A stretch of DNA of 64,000 nucleotides from Raillietiella orientalis. Its lineage: Eukaryota. The DNA lies in assembly GCA_036172245.1 (NCBI GenBank), contig JAYWIR010000023.1:992001-1056000 (forward strand), written 5' to 3'. How positions within the stretch are numbered: position 1 is the stretch's first letter; every line of letters starts with the position of its first letter. A program made the position numbers and the translations under genes. Shown piece after piece: positions 27,230-41,099 of this stretch. The notes beneath the pieces are model-generated. The model was not told where the DNA came from. It did not search any database and saw only the letters and a program-made list of their open reading frames with translations.

Positions 27230-28896
27230 TCAAAGGACGCATTCCTCTTTCAGAGAAGCCGTCAAACTGTGATCAAGTATCTCTGCGATGGTGGTAATGA
27301 AGTCTTCAGTGCATAAGTACATGTGTTCTTTGACGTTTTCTGCACCTCCATGGATACAGATGGCTAAGTCTTTTGTCATCTTTCCCGACTCCACGCAGTT
27401 TATGCAAGCAGCCTCTAGTAGTTGGCAAAACCTACAACGATTTGACCATAAGGGTTTCTCGTTCAGACAACTGCCTGTGGCCACCCGCAATTCTAACCTT
27501 TCAAGCTCCTTGTTACCATCCAGACGTGCGCGGTGCTGGAGACCGCGGGTCCAGGCGAAAATGCTCGCAATCGGGTTCGTGGAAGTGGGCTTCCCTTGCT
27601 GGTGCAAGCGGTAGTGACGTGTCACCGTTCCGTGAGCTGCTTCCGACTCGATGGTCTTACCGTCGGGGCAAATCAGCACGGACGTCATCAATCCTAGAGA
27701 ACCTGCAATAGAGGAAAGATGACGACTGGTCCACACGTACGATTCGAATCCACAGAATCTCACCGTAGCCCTGGGCGATCACATCCGACTGGACGTCGCC
27801 GTCGTAATTTTTGCACGCCCATATGAATCCTCCTTGGGACTTCAGAGCCTGAGCCACCATGTCATCAATAAGCCTATGTTCATACCAAATCCCTAAAGCA
27901 TCGAATTTTTCCCTATAATGTCTAGGAAGAAATCGATGTCAGCAGCATTTATATGCACGGTTACTTGTCAAAGATGTCTTGGAATATCTCCTTGAATCGA
28001 CCGTCATAATGCTTGAGAATGGTGTTTTTTGTGGACATGAATAACGGCCACTTTTTCGCGAGAGCGTACTGAAATGAAGTTGGATAAAGAGATATTATTT
28101 TGAACATGGAATTCATCCACCTGGAAACTGCAGTGTGCGAAATCGGTTATGGATCGATCCGTATTGTACATTCCGAGGAACACGCCCCCACTGTCGGTGA
28201 ACTCGTGCACGTAACATCGCTGTTGAGGACCATTCTCGGGAGTGTAGACAAGTTCGATCTATGACTTTGGTTTGATATGGCGCACAACGTATCAACGAAA
28301 TGCGCACCTTTCCTTTAGATGGACAGACCATATCCACAGCTTTGTACTGGTCTCCGTGAGCGTGACGCCCAATTACTATAGGATTTTTCCAACCTGGCAC
28401 CAACTTGGGAACAGATTTGCACAAAATGGGCTCTCTGAAAACCGTGCCTCCCAAAATGTTCCGAATGGTGCCATTAGGACTCAGCCACATCTTTTTAAGA
28501 TTAAATTCTAAACACGGCGAGTTATTAACAAACAGGAGTCATAAAGAAACACCTTTTACTCTTTCTTCGTCAGGAGTTATAGTGGCACACTTGATACCTA
28601 TATTGTATTTCAAAATGGCATGTGCTGCATCTATGGTGACTTGGTCGTCGGTGGCATCTCTATTAGGGAGCCCAAGGTCAAAATAACAGGTGTCTAACTG
28701 TAAGAACCCTCTTTTTGAAATCTTTACTTGAATGAATTGCAGCTACCTTTAAATAAGGGAATATCAGCTGATCTTTAATTTTCTTCCATATTATTCTGGT
28801 CATTTCGTCACCATCCAAATCAACTACTGGGTTCTTAACAAGAATTTTCTTCCCATCTGAAACACAGCATTCTTCATTTGATCGACACCAACTCAC
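27230..28896 (-). CDS. Idh: NADP-dependent isocitrate dehydrogenase, probably mitochondrial (IDH2-like); first exon/start not resolved
   Basis: [90 protein letters not shown]. Many short GT-AG introns. No C-terminal PTS1. Confidence 0.95.
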
Positions 28897-29894
28897 AGCA
28901 GAAAAGAGTTTTTGTTTTTTTAAATTTATTTCTTTCCTCGAAAATTATAGCATTGGCATAACACTTGGATTACTTATGTGGTAGCCATCAATCAAAGAAC
29001 AACCAAAGCCGTCAAAGTAATTAAGCAATGCCCTGAATCCGAAATAATCCAAGCCACGATGTGCTCGAAAAGTGCAGCAAGAAGATGACACAAAGATCCG
29101 TATCTCAGATCAAGATCTATGTGATCGTTATGCATAGTTTCACACACAGTTCTTAAGCGGATTGGAATTTTTTTTCCTTTTCGACATCTCCCCTCGAAAT
29201 CATCGAGGGGAATGCTTCAGATCTTTGCCAAGAACGCACGTTGCTGCTGTTCCTTCGTGGTTACGGCATTCAGAATTCTTCCTATACGTGTTTTTTCCCA
29301 CGTTCGTCGGCAACATCGCCAAAGTATTCCAGATAGCGAAGAGTCGGGAGTTGTGACCTTGGAAAGCAAGGGCAGTTCCATTTATTTGTCTCTGGGCGTA
29401 AACAGGTTCTCGTGGAAATAGCGTCTGCGGCATCGCAAAAAGCTGCATGAGGCTGCTCAATAGGAAACGGACGTGGAATGCCACATATGCGAGCACAGGC
29501 GGTTTGTTGGACGCATTCCACATCCAATGGTGTCCTCATTGGATGGATGAGGGAAACTTTGCCTCACTCGGGCAGCCGCCAACGCATCAGAACTAGATTA
29601 ACCACATTGAGCAGGGGGGGGGGGGGGGAAGGAAGCTGAAACCAAGCAGAGCGCGCATGTTCTAAGGTAACGAACACTGCCGTGTGCGCAACCGAGAATG
29701 CAAAGCTGACGTTCTAAAAGTCACCAATGCATGCATCGGCAGTCGAGCTTTCCATTACGGATGTATATACAGTGAAGTAAACACACACACGCAGAAGATA
29801 TAAACAAGTGAAAGAAGGAGTTCGCGCTATCTTCTCCCGTTTCCTCTCTTCGGCTCCTGTGATTTTCTATAAGTTTTCCCGTTACGGGTAGTGG

Positions 29895-30400
29895 CCGTCC
29901 TATGTTTCCAGTAGACATTTCTTGAGTACTGTATGTCCTAGAGCACCATTTCATTTCTGATCTACTCCTACTTCTTGGGAATTTTCCATTCCCTTAGTAT
30001 CTCATCGTTTCTTGAATCCTAATATCCCAGCGATCCTACAACTGCCTTTACGACTGCGGGCACTTAACGGCGAAGTGCAGAGCCAGTTCACGGTACTTGC
30101 TTTTCTTCTATCTTGTCTCTGCTAACGCTGTTGATGCGTATTCGCAAGGGGAAACGATGTCCAGTTCGACCACTTTCCCTTCGTCCTGTAACACCAAATC
30201 TTGATTTTAACTTTCGAGTCTGTTGCCAGGATAGTTTGATCGGCAGCTACCACGTACCTGGTGAGAATGTGACCTAGCGATTCTTTCCATCTTCCGCATC
30301 TTCTGCACGGGCAACCAGCTCTTGGTCTTGGATGAGCAATGTCTGCACAGGCAGAAGGATTTTGTGCACCACCATCTGCACTCTTCCAGAGGCTGCTGCT
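29895..30400 (-). mobile_element. Decayed C-terminal CCHC plus restriction-like endonuclease of a NeSL/Utopia-like non-LTR retrotransposon
   Basis: QDLVLQDEGKVVELDIVSPCE...KKSKYRELA...VVGSLGY*DSRNDEILREWKI...MVL*DIQYSRNVYWKH, matching the PD..D..P.E..K..KY..VGSLG.W..SR.IY.H pattern. Several stops. Confidence 0.7.
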
Positions 30401-30778
30401 TCCCTTGCAAGATGGCTACGAAAACGGCGAGATGCACGGCCCTATCCTTCAGTTCATTAATGACCTCCGCATCCGGTAACGAGGGTCCGCTCTCCAGGAA
30501 GAGCCTTGAACAATCAGCTGTCAGCTACAATCCCACACAAAACCTCATCACGTTATTGAGGCCATCCCGGGGGAAAAAAAAGTTCCTGGAATATCGCACT
30601 GTCTTCGCACTTTGGTTGCATCCAACATTTAAGAGAAACATAACTCGTCGGCACACGATTTAAGGATGAATAAAAAACGATTGCTCGTTTTCAAAAAATT
30701 CATTTATTCGGTCACTTATAATACTGCAAGTATGTCGAATACACACGTATGCTTTGCACATATGGATGGCGTGATGTA

Positions 30779-32487
30779 TCACGAGCATGCTCTTATCGAG
30801 AGTTCTCTTCTTTTGTGCAAGAAGAGATAAGCTTGGTCAACGGTAGTACTTCCACATTCGCAACACATGAGCTGCCATGGTGCAACATTTGGATCGAGGT
30901 TGATACCTGCAGTCATGCAGCCACCACAGGAACTGACACCGAATGACCTGTTGTGTTCCTACAGGCGGAGAAAGGAAAAAGAAGAGGAAAAATGATGAAT
31001 CTTTCTTTCCAGGTCACCGGTCCACAAGCGGACGTCTGCCTTTCCGTGGTAAGAAGAACGCCGATCGCGAAAAAAGAACAATCCGTGGTGTCAGTTCGAC
31101 TCTCAGCTACTCGAGTGCGGCAGTGGCCTACCGAAGGGAAAACCACTTTCCGTCGCGCGAAACCTTTGAAAACCGCATGGATCTGGAATAACGGGCAGGG
31201 ACCCTTGCCCTAGCAAGTCCTTACACACGCTGTCTGCCTCTGCCTAGTGTCTTGCCCGCTAGACGTACTAAGCAAACTGTCAACATAAAAGTTATGCCTG
31301 TAGTGGGTGACCTTCCGGCTGGCCTCCCGGATCGAGTCGCCTTCCCGACACATCTGGAAAACTAGATTACTATAGGAAGCTGCGTGTGCCAACAAAAAAA
31401 CTTTATGAAGCAGGCTAAGGGGAGAATACGGAAGGTGGGGGAGGGAGGACGAGAAAATGAGTGTCTGGGGCAAGGGCACTTGAAAAGTGGGGCAGACTCG
31501 TTAAGTCAGGGTGCTATCTATCAATGTCCCGCGGCGTTGTTTCGCCGACGCGTCTCCCTTGACCTTCATAAGGCACACAAGAGACCGTATGCCAAGGTCT
31601 TCACGAAGCAACTTCTACACAGCTCGCTGGGGGGTTCCGATAGGAAAATGATGCAAATGGTGTAAACAGTGGAAAGGAGGGTACGAAAAGGAGACGAGAC
31701 CTCCTGTCCTGCAATCCGACTCGCCAGTGCGCGCTGAAAGAAAGAACAGGAAATCTGTCGCAGCCGTGAGAGTTTCCTCATCCTTCTTCAGCAGGCAGCC
31801 AATACCCTTGAACCTTCCAATCCCTCCACCATCGAACCATCACTGAAAACAAAGAGAGAGAGAAAGTGAACGGCTTAGAAGTAAAAGGCCACCACGGGTC
31901 CTTCTTCCAGTGCTACTGTCCACACCTGGTTCCCCTCCGTCACCGGAAAGATATCATGGATGCTGTTTCAGTCCTTTTCGGCCGAGACCGCGCGAAAAAT
32001 AGATTGCTGTCCGTCTTTGCAAAGTAGGTAAGATGGAGAGGAAGAGAGCCTGCCCCCCTACCACATATGAACTGGTCAAAAGTGTTTGTCGGCGCCTGAC
32101 GATCCCTCCGGAATGGAAGCTTCTCGAGTTTTCTCCAAATCATTTGAGATAAGTGTATGAGTTCCTCGTTTTCCTTCCCACTTTATCAGGCAGAAGGACG
32201 CGATCAGTACACACGAGTTGGCACATGAAATACGAATCTACTTTCATGAACGTCCAAAGAGACCTAGAGACGTGCGCCAAGGCAGCACTCCACGCTGATT
32301 TTCTTTTTGTGGTTGTTTTTTCCTCGAGAGAAGGCGGGAAAAGGGAAAAGAGACAAAAGCGATGGAAGGAGGCAGGTACACCCGCTGCACGCAAAAGCAC
32401 TGACCTAGTCGGTACTTCTGATGCATCAGTTGCGTGTATGGGATTCATCGCGCAGCTTCTCTTGCTCCATGGTAAACGGCTAGGCAA
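30779..32487 (-). pseudogene. Highly diverged multi-exon type IA topoisomerase (TOP3B-like) relic
   Basis: AG/GT-bounded segments give PIHATD..SLWTF..YFM, EELIHL, GIRSLVCLMKMCREG..IHAVFKGF. Last exon 30958-30779 encodes GVSSCGGCMTAGINLDPNVAPWQLMCCECG and is followed by AATAAA. Internal stop and phase conflicts. Confidence 0.35.
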
Positions 32488-34309
32488 CTGAATAAAGAAC
32501 ATCAGTTACCGTGTAAAGTATGAAGTCATGATTTGTTGATCTTGTGATCTGCCATGAAGACTTCTATGAAAGTGGCCAATGTAGACCAAAAGATCCCATG
32601 AAAGGGAAAAATAAGGAGAAACACGCAATGCCGTTGCCAATGCTGCGCCAGGCTACTAGGGCAAAATTTGCTTCACTTTTAGACTTTCCCATTTTGGCGA
32701 TACAAATTCGAACAGACCAATTTCAGACACTGAACCAAACATTGGGCTGGTATTCACCCAACTGTTATTATCCTGGGTGAAGGTTATAAACGAGAATGAA
32801 TGCCAGACTACCACAACCGAAACTTCTCGATCCTTCAAGTGGTAACGCCAATGGCTGCACTTCAATCTTTCAATGGATATAGAAGGTAGTCTTTCAAAAC
32901 GAATTTGATAAAACCCATCTTACAATTTATCAGAGGTAATTCAGAGGTGCAGAGTGGAGCGAGAGCTATCCAGTGGATTGAGATTACAAAAAAGACACAC
33001 TTGGTTTAACATAAGTTCGTGTTTAAAAGCATTTAAAAAAATGTTAAGGTACTTCTCTGAAACCTAAGAAAACTTGATATGGATAATTTATTTGAATACC
33101 AAAGAATACACCCTAAGAATACTTGAAATGGAGAAAAACATATTATTTCCTAAGGATCGTGCAATCCCATTTTCCATGGAGATCTGTCATGCAAACCCAT
33201 TTTCAAAGAAAATTCTGGAGCACAAAGCTTCCATCACAAAACCCAGCATGCACAGTCATTCGACACAAAACAAAGTTCCTGGCAAAGATTAAACTGGGAC
33301 ATTGCATCGCCAATGTCACCAAAACCGACAAGGATGCAAACATTAATACACATTTGTGATTCGAGCATTCACCAACATTTCATAATTATTGAAGTAATGC
33401 TGTAGGAACCCCACAGTTCAACAAATCGTAATTAATGCAAAAAAATTTTTACGTGGCCACCTTGACTGTTACTTTTGTTTCAAAAAGATTCGATCTGCAT
33501 GCCGATGCCACTTAAAATTATATTTTCAAACCAAAAACTAGATGTATATACTGAACTCTATCGTTAAAGTATTACGGAATGCTTGGTTATGTATGCAAGC
33601 ACAAGTGCATTGCCCTTGTAATGAGAGTGCATTGAGCAAAAATTGATCCGGTTGGTGTACTCACGGTATGTACGACTGCTGTTGAGCCAAAAACGGCTAC
33701 CACAAAATTTCCTCCCCAATCTCGAGATGGTGTTCAGGTACATCACGAGGTGTGTTGTCTCTGCCGTGACCCGGATTGTCATGAAGACCACACATCCACC
33801 GCAGCGACGCTATTGCATCCAAACCTTCGTAGACTGGCTGCCGAGACGTTGAACCCCACGGCTGCACATATGCATGTCAAATCAGATTTCGTGCCAGGGT
33901 GGACCAGATAACAGCACGTTTCTTCTTGATAATGCCGTTAGGGAATTCTCCGTGGTTTCGTGAGCAGCTGATCTTAACTCAGTACGGTTCGTGTACAGTG
34001 AATGAATGGTTGATCTCACTCGGTGTGTGTTTTGTGTGCAAGGATTGCTAAAGAGGTGAAGGATCCTACCACTCACTTTGTTGAGCCAAAAAAAAAAAAT
34101 GAGGTGCGAGTATCAGAGAGGAAGAGTTTTCGTGAGTGGAATGAGTTTGATGTAACATCAGTTTTTTTTCCTCTCCCTCCCCCTTAGCAATTGACTGTTT
34201 GTTTACAAGTTGTGCTTCTTGAGTGTAGCTCTGGAAATGTGATAAACAGATCTGACGTTGAATTGGAACTGCTGTGATTGCTTGTGTGAGACCGTGAACC
34301 CGGGAAATC

Positions 34310-37300
34310 ATGAAACCCTTCTCGAGGAAATCTTATTTATCACTGTGCTCATCACAACGCCTGTCCTTATTTAGCTGTTGTGCTAAATTCATTCCAAATA
34401 GGAGGTTTTCCTGCTCGAAAATCACATCAGAGAAAACTGTCGGTGGCGGGATTGAATACGGCAAACTAAGCATAGGTGTCCCCAAAGAAAGCTGGTCACA
34501 CGAAAAAAGGTAGATTGATGTTGCAATTGTCTGGCGATTTCATGGATTTGTGATGTGGCTGCTTTACATATTCTGAAATGCTGGGTTGGTAGTTTCGAGC
34601 AATAATATATTCATTCTACATTCAGAGTTGCCCTGGTGCCGGCGGTAGTATCAACATTGTGTAAACAAGGACTGACGGTAAACATCGAAGATGGAGCGGG
34701 ATCGCTCGCAAAATTTAGAAATGAAGATTACATTAGTGCCGGGGCAAAAATTTCTAATGCACAAGCGATTTGGTCGTCTGGTACAAATAGATGTATACAT
34801 TTGAAAATCCAGTAATTTATTCACCATTTCCAGACATTATTTTTAAAGTGAGGCAACCCCTACCATCTGAGTTGCCATTTATTAACGATGGAAGCACTCT
34901 GTTCTGCTTTTTTTATCCGTCAAGTAACAATCTCATTGCTGAATGTCAAAAAAAAATGCTGACAATTTTTGGTAAATTTCCAGATTTCTCATTTTAACTT
35001 AATGTTGCCATTGCAGCAATGGATTGCATACCTCGAGTAAGTAGAGGACAAGCATTTGATGTTCTCAGCTCGATGGCGAATGTAGCTGGTTATAGGGCAG
35101 TGATTGAAGCTGCTAATCATTATGGAGGATTCTTGGGAGGTAGGCTGATTTTAAATGAATAGTTTTCGTGAATACTGCCTATCAGGACAAATAACAGCTG
35201 CTGGAAGAATTCCTCCTGCTAGAGTATTGGTTGTTGGATGTGGTGTGGCAGGTTTAGCTGCAATTGCTCAAGCAAAAAGCATGGGTGCAATTGTGCATGG
35301 TTTTGACACCCGTGCAGCTGTCAAGGAACAAGTTGAATCTTTAGGTGCTAAATATTTGGAATTGAACTTTCAGGTTAGCTGTGTTCTACATCAGTCTACT
35401 GTTTTGTTGCATTGTTTCTTCTTTCATCTGTTTCTTATTATTTTTCATTTGCATTTTTATATACCCAATTATTCTAAACTCTTGATGTTGTACTCAGGAA
35501 GAGGGTGAAGGTACTGGTGGATATGGGAAAGAGATGAGCAAAGAATTCTATGAAGCAGAGCGAGCACTGTTTGCCAAACAAATGAAAGACACGGATATTC
35601 TTATTACTACAGCCTTAGTGCCCAATAAGAAAGCACCTTTACTTATCCATAGGGAACATGTGGAAACAATGAAATCTGGTTCAGTTGTTGTTGACTTGGC
35701 TGCTGAAGCAGGAGGCAATGTGGAAACCACAAGATTAGGAGAAATTTATACTTATAACGATATTGTACATATTGGGCTGAGTGACTTACCTAATCAGTTG
35801 CCTAAACAGAGTTCCATTCTATATGCCAATAATGTTTCTAAGTTCTTTCTATCCATGGGTAAGGTGGGATTCCATTGTTTGAGAAAATTATGTGAAGGTC
35901 AGGTGAAAAGCAACAATTTATTGTTGATTTGGATGATGAAGTGGTGAGAGGAGCTATTGTCTTACAGAAAGGAAAATTGTTGTGGCCACCTCCCCCTATT
36001 CAAGTTTTGCCCTCAGTTAAACCTGTTTCTACAGTTGAAGTTTCTAAACCAGCTAGCAACTATTTGGCAAAAGCAGTGAAATCGAATATAATTTATACAG
36101 CTGCTTTGGGCAGTTTGCTTGGGCTTGGTGCTGTTTCACCTGATGCATCCTTCACAGTCATGACAACAACTTTTAGCCTAGCTTGTCTTGTAGGTTACCA
36201 CACTGTCTGGAAGGTCACTCCCGCATTGCATTCACCATTGATGAGTGTCACTAATGCCATAAGTGGCATTACTGCTGTGGGGGGTCTTTTATTCATGAGT
36301 GGTGGCTTACTGCCCACAGACACTATCCAAGTATGTTATGCTATATGTGATTCACACCTATTCCTAATCATGAATTCAGAGTTTAGCAGCAGTAACCACC
36401 TTTGCGTCATCTGTCAATATATTTGGTGGTTTTTTGGTTACCAGAAGAATGCTTGAAATGTTCAAGAGGTGAGTAGTAGTAGGTTTTTTGTTTATGCCTT
36501 GGTAGGCCCACTGATCCGCCAGAATATAATTTTTTGTATGGCCTTCCACCTGCAGCATTTCTAGCTGGCTATGGCCTTGCTGCTTATCATGGCTGCCCAG
36601 AAATTCATCAGATGGCATATCTTGCCTCATCTTTGTGCTGTGTAGGTGCCTTAACAGGCTTATCTTCCCAGTCAACTGCACGTATAGGAAATATTTTAGG
36701 CATTGTGAGTTTTATAATATTGAATCATATTTCTACATGTGTTATAACAGTCGGGAGTATCTGGAAGTCTCATTGCAACCTTGGGTTGTATAGCCCCATC
36801 TCCAGAGACACTTATCCAGATGTTGACTTGCATATCTCTTGGAGGTGTAGTGGGCACTTACATTGCAAGGCGCATTCAAATAACTGATTTGCCTCAATTG
36901 GTGGCAGCTTTTCACAGTTTGGTTGGACTAGCAGCCATGCTGACATGTTTTGCCACTTATTTGCACCACTGGAATTCCTCCATCGTAGACACAATACCCA
37001 GTGTTGTTTGTACTGCCCTGTTCCTTGGAACTTTCATGGGTGGCATGACATTCAGTGGTTCCTTAATGGCCTATGGCAAATTACAAGGAATTCTCGATTC
37101 AGCTCCTCTGCTGCTTCCAGGGCGCCATGCAGCTAATGCTTTGCTACTAGCAGCAAATGTAGCTTCTTTCATCTGGTACATGGCGAATCCTTCTATGGGA
37201 TCGGGCCTAAGCATGCTGGCATTAACAGCAGGTCTTTCTTCCTTGATGGGAGTTACCCTCACAGCGGGTATTGGTGGTGCCGATATGCCTGTAGTCATCA

Positions 37301-38125
37301 CTGTTCTTAACAGCTATTCTGGTTGGGCTCTTTGTGCTGAAGGCTTCATGCTCAATAATAGCCTAATGACAATTGTTGGTGCCTTGATTGGTAGTTCTGG
37401 TGCAATTCTTTCGTACATCATGTGCAAGGTACACACCCCATTGACCTGATCTTTACCTTGCTGTATAGGCTATGAACAGGTCACTACCCAATGTTATCCT
37501 GGGTGGATATGGTGCGACACCTGTGAAAACAGGTTCAAAGAGTGTTGGAAGGCACACAGAGATCAGCACGGATGGAGCAGTTGAGAGCATCCAAAATGCC
37601 CAGAATATTATCATTGCTCCAGGATATGGACTGTGTGTGGCTAAGGCTCAGTATCCTATTGCGGAAATGGTGACAATTTTGAAGAATCAAGGAAAAAATG
37701 TTCGCTTCGCTATCCATCCTGTCGCGGGTAAGAATCCTTGAGTCTATTTTCCTGGATAGATTTTGGTTACAGGGAGAATGCCTGGCCAACTCAATGTGCT
37801 CCTGGCTGAAGCTGGAATCCCATATGATCTAGTGTTTGAAATGGATGAGATCAATAAGGACTTTTCTGAAACAGATGTGGTCCTAGTAATAGGAGCTAAT
37901 GATACTGTGAATTCGGCTGCAGAAGATGATCCTAATTCAATCATTGCAGGGATGCCGGTTTTAAGAGTTTGGCTTGCTAAGCAAGTAATAGTAATGAAAA
38001 GATCACTTGGAGTTGGATATGCTGCTGTGGATAATCCCATTTTTTATAAACCCAATACTGCTATGCTTTTAGGTGATGCTAAAAAATCATGTGATGCATT
38101 GTTAGCAAAGCTAAAACAGTTGTGA
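34310..38125 (+). CDS. NNT: Mitochondrial NAD(P) transhydrogenase, single chain, multi-exon
   Basis: Presequence-like N-terminus; [117 protein letters not shown]. Confidence 0.97.
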
Positions 38126-41099
38126 TCATTTGTTTATTGACATCTATATTATGATGAAAATTGTACATTCTTTAGAATGTAAAGGACCTGATGCTGTTTA
38201 GGAAGCCTTATTCTGTGAAGATTGGTTTTATTTTTTAGATATGTTTCTTGAGGACTTTTATTTTAAACCAAAATAGGTGTGTAAGGACTATGAAAGCCCA
38301 ACTCTAGCCTTAACACCATACTATGCTAATCATGCTGTTTTCATTAGGTATGCTCAGTATAATGATTATGTGCATTTTATTCTATTAAATAAATTGAATA
38401 AGCATATTTAGTTCTTATTACTGCATCTAAGCTACTGTAGCTGTGTAATACCCATTCTATAGCTGTGTAAAAACGCAGCTGGTGTGTTGAAATAAGACAC
38501 CTGGCAATAAGTAATAGCATACTTAAATTCCAGGTCAAGTTACAATTCAATGATGGATGCACTTCGCCTTCTTCGTGAAAAATGGCGTTAGAGTAAATTC
38601 CAAAATTGTTCCGTGATCTCTCTCTTAAAAATACATAGTTGATATCCAATAGTGATAGCAGGTGTGGTGCAGCATCCTCATTTCTTTTCCTACTGCGAGA
38701 CCCTACTCTCACAAAGCGCGAATTCAAAAATTGAACACAGAAATGCAGAGAAATACAGAATTCTGAACGTACTGCGGAAAAGCATCAGATTTAAAAACCA
38801 CAGATTTATATGAGTAATAAAGTCCCCTCCTCCTCCCCCCCCCCAAAAAAAAAAATGAAAAATGAGGAACAACAAAAATTAATACCAGTAGCAACAAAAA
38901 AAATATTGGTGATTTAAAGCTGGAAGAGGATATGCACTTTCAGAATTTTGCTAGCACACGAAAATCTTGGCCGAACACTTTTAAGAGTCCTCTCATTGGT
39001 ACAGTGAAATATTTTTCACTTTTCAATATTTTTTTGGACCATACTGCAATTTCCATGCCGTGCATACAAGTGATACCTCGATTTTTGGAATAAGTCTCCG
39101 AGGGATGACTAAATATGATTACACTGACCTTTTTATTTGTTTTTTGCATGGAAACGAATTTGGAATTTTAATCCGAGCTTGCAAGACTAACATTCCTATC
39201 TGGAAACGGTAGGGGTATCAGTGTTGTCATCCAGAAATGATAAATAAAATGTCGATTAAAGGATCCTTTGATAAATACTTTACATTCTGCTTAACGAGTT
39301 ATAGAATGACGATCATCCAACTGCAAGAAAATTCCAGTTATGAAAGGAATTTCTTCCAGAGGGATTCTTTACACTTGAAAAAATACTTTATTTCGAAAGG
39401 AACCTGTTCTTGATCCACACCTTAGGTCTTTGTCCCGCAGGTGTCAATCGAACCAGCGAGTTTGGGAAATGCTATACTAAAGTGCTACACTTTTGAATTC
39501 ATCGTTCAAAAACGTGACAGTCCTTGTCTTAATAAGTGAAAATTCTTGATTTTCGGGATGAATGAGATGGAACAGACTCTGGTGGATCTACTTTTTTTAA
39601 CTATCATTTCGTTGCATTCGGAATATGGCTTCTTGGCAAGTACACGTGGGGATTTGATGGCTAACCCATCAATCAATTTTTTTACTTTCTTCTTCTTTTG
39701 TTGTTAAGATTTAACTTTTGCATATTTGAGCCGATATCTGAAAGTTAGAGTTCCTGATGAGAGCTGTTTTCGATTGCTTTTTCGATGATTTTTTTTCCCG
39801 CCCGTCAATTCCCAAATGGAATATGGGAACTGATTGAGGTTTCAGACACGAAGGTTTCATTTCTATCGTTGTTTGTATTTGTACTTTGTACTTACTATTT
39901 AAAATCATTTTTTTTACTTCATTCATCACCTATAGCGTAAACCAGCAAAACAGTATACTTAAGGTCTTCGGACTTGAATGTTCACAATGCTTTTTGCGTT
40001 TCTTGTAAATTTGACTGAACAACAAGGCTCACTTTTCCTATTCATGTATTTCCTACTCGGCTTTAAACTGATTTGAGTCGAGGCTGCAGACACAAAGGTT
40101 CTAGTTGTTTAATCATTCAGCATATGCTGTTGCTTTTCTCAACCGAAGAACATCCTTAATTTTCATTGGATCTCTCGAACCTTCCAGAAATATCTGAATA
40201 ACTCTCCACAGATGTTTCTGGAAGATAGTGAGAAATGTCACCACCTGACAGCATTACGGGATTCATGCTATTGACGTGATTTCTGTTTTTCTGGTGAGAC
40301 ATTTGCCCTGTTCAGGATGGAATGATAAGTACAAAACTTCTCTTTCACTCATTTCTCTCCTTACAAATCGAGGACATCATTCATTCGCTTCTAGGTACGC
40401 TATTTGTGGGAGGCTAACGAACATAACGTTTTGCTGTCATCTTTTAGGTTCATTTGTGTTGAAGACGAACTAGCTTTGGATCTCTTTCCATTTAAGAAGA
40501 ATATGGCTAAAACTTAAAAAAAGAAAAATTTGATCAATATGTATTAATGAAAGATATACAAAGTTTACAAAAAATAATGCCTTAGATAAAAACTCAAGCC
40601 TTAAATAAAAAGGCTACATTATGGACCAATATAACTACTCAAATTTTTTTCAAGGACAAATAAAGAAAAAAACTGGTTTCTAGAATAACGAGCGGAGGTC
40701 CCCAAAATAACAGCAACCATATGCCACCTCCTTTGTGATAACCCTTCTTTCTAACTCATCCTTATATGAAGAGTCAACAAAACAATACACTTCACTTCTT
40801 TTTCCTTTTTTCCTCTAACATTTCTCTCTACCCTCCATCAGTAGTTTAATACTCAGTCCTCATCCTCGATCCCAGTCTCATTCCAATCACTATCTTTGTT
40901 TCTCATGCTCTTTTTCGCTATAGATATTGTGCTTATTCTATTGTCTTTAACAATCCTGATAAACTTTTCCTCTAATTTAAAAAGCCTCCATTTAAGCAGA
41001 ATTTTTCTGGCCAGCTCTTAGCAAAGAAGTCATCCAACCTTCTTTGCGAAACATGTTTTTATCTTTTCTATTCATTATTCATTTGTATATGCCCCCTAC

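Noticed and set aside
31566..32502. Cys-containing ORFs as zinc fingers of the RLE retrotransposon
   Set aside because: No proper C2H2 spacing; the splice-bounded TOP3-like reading fits better.
34310..38125. NNT as a bacterial pntAB horizontal transfer
   Set aside because: It has spliceosomal introns, a fused alpha-beta chain and a presequence-like N-terminus, as in normal animal NNT.
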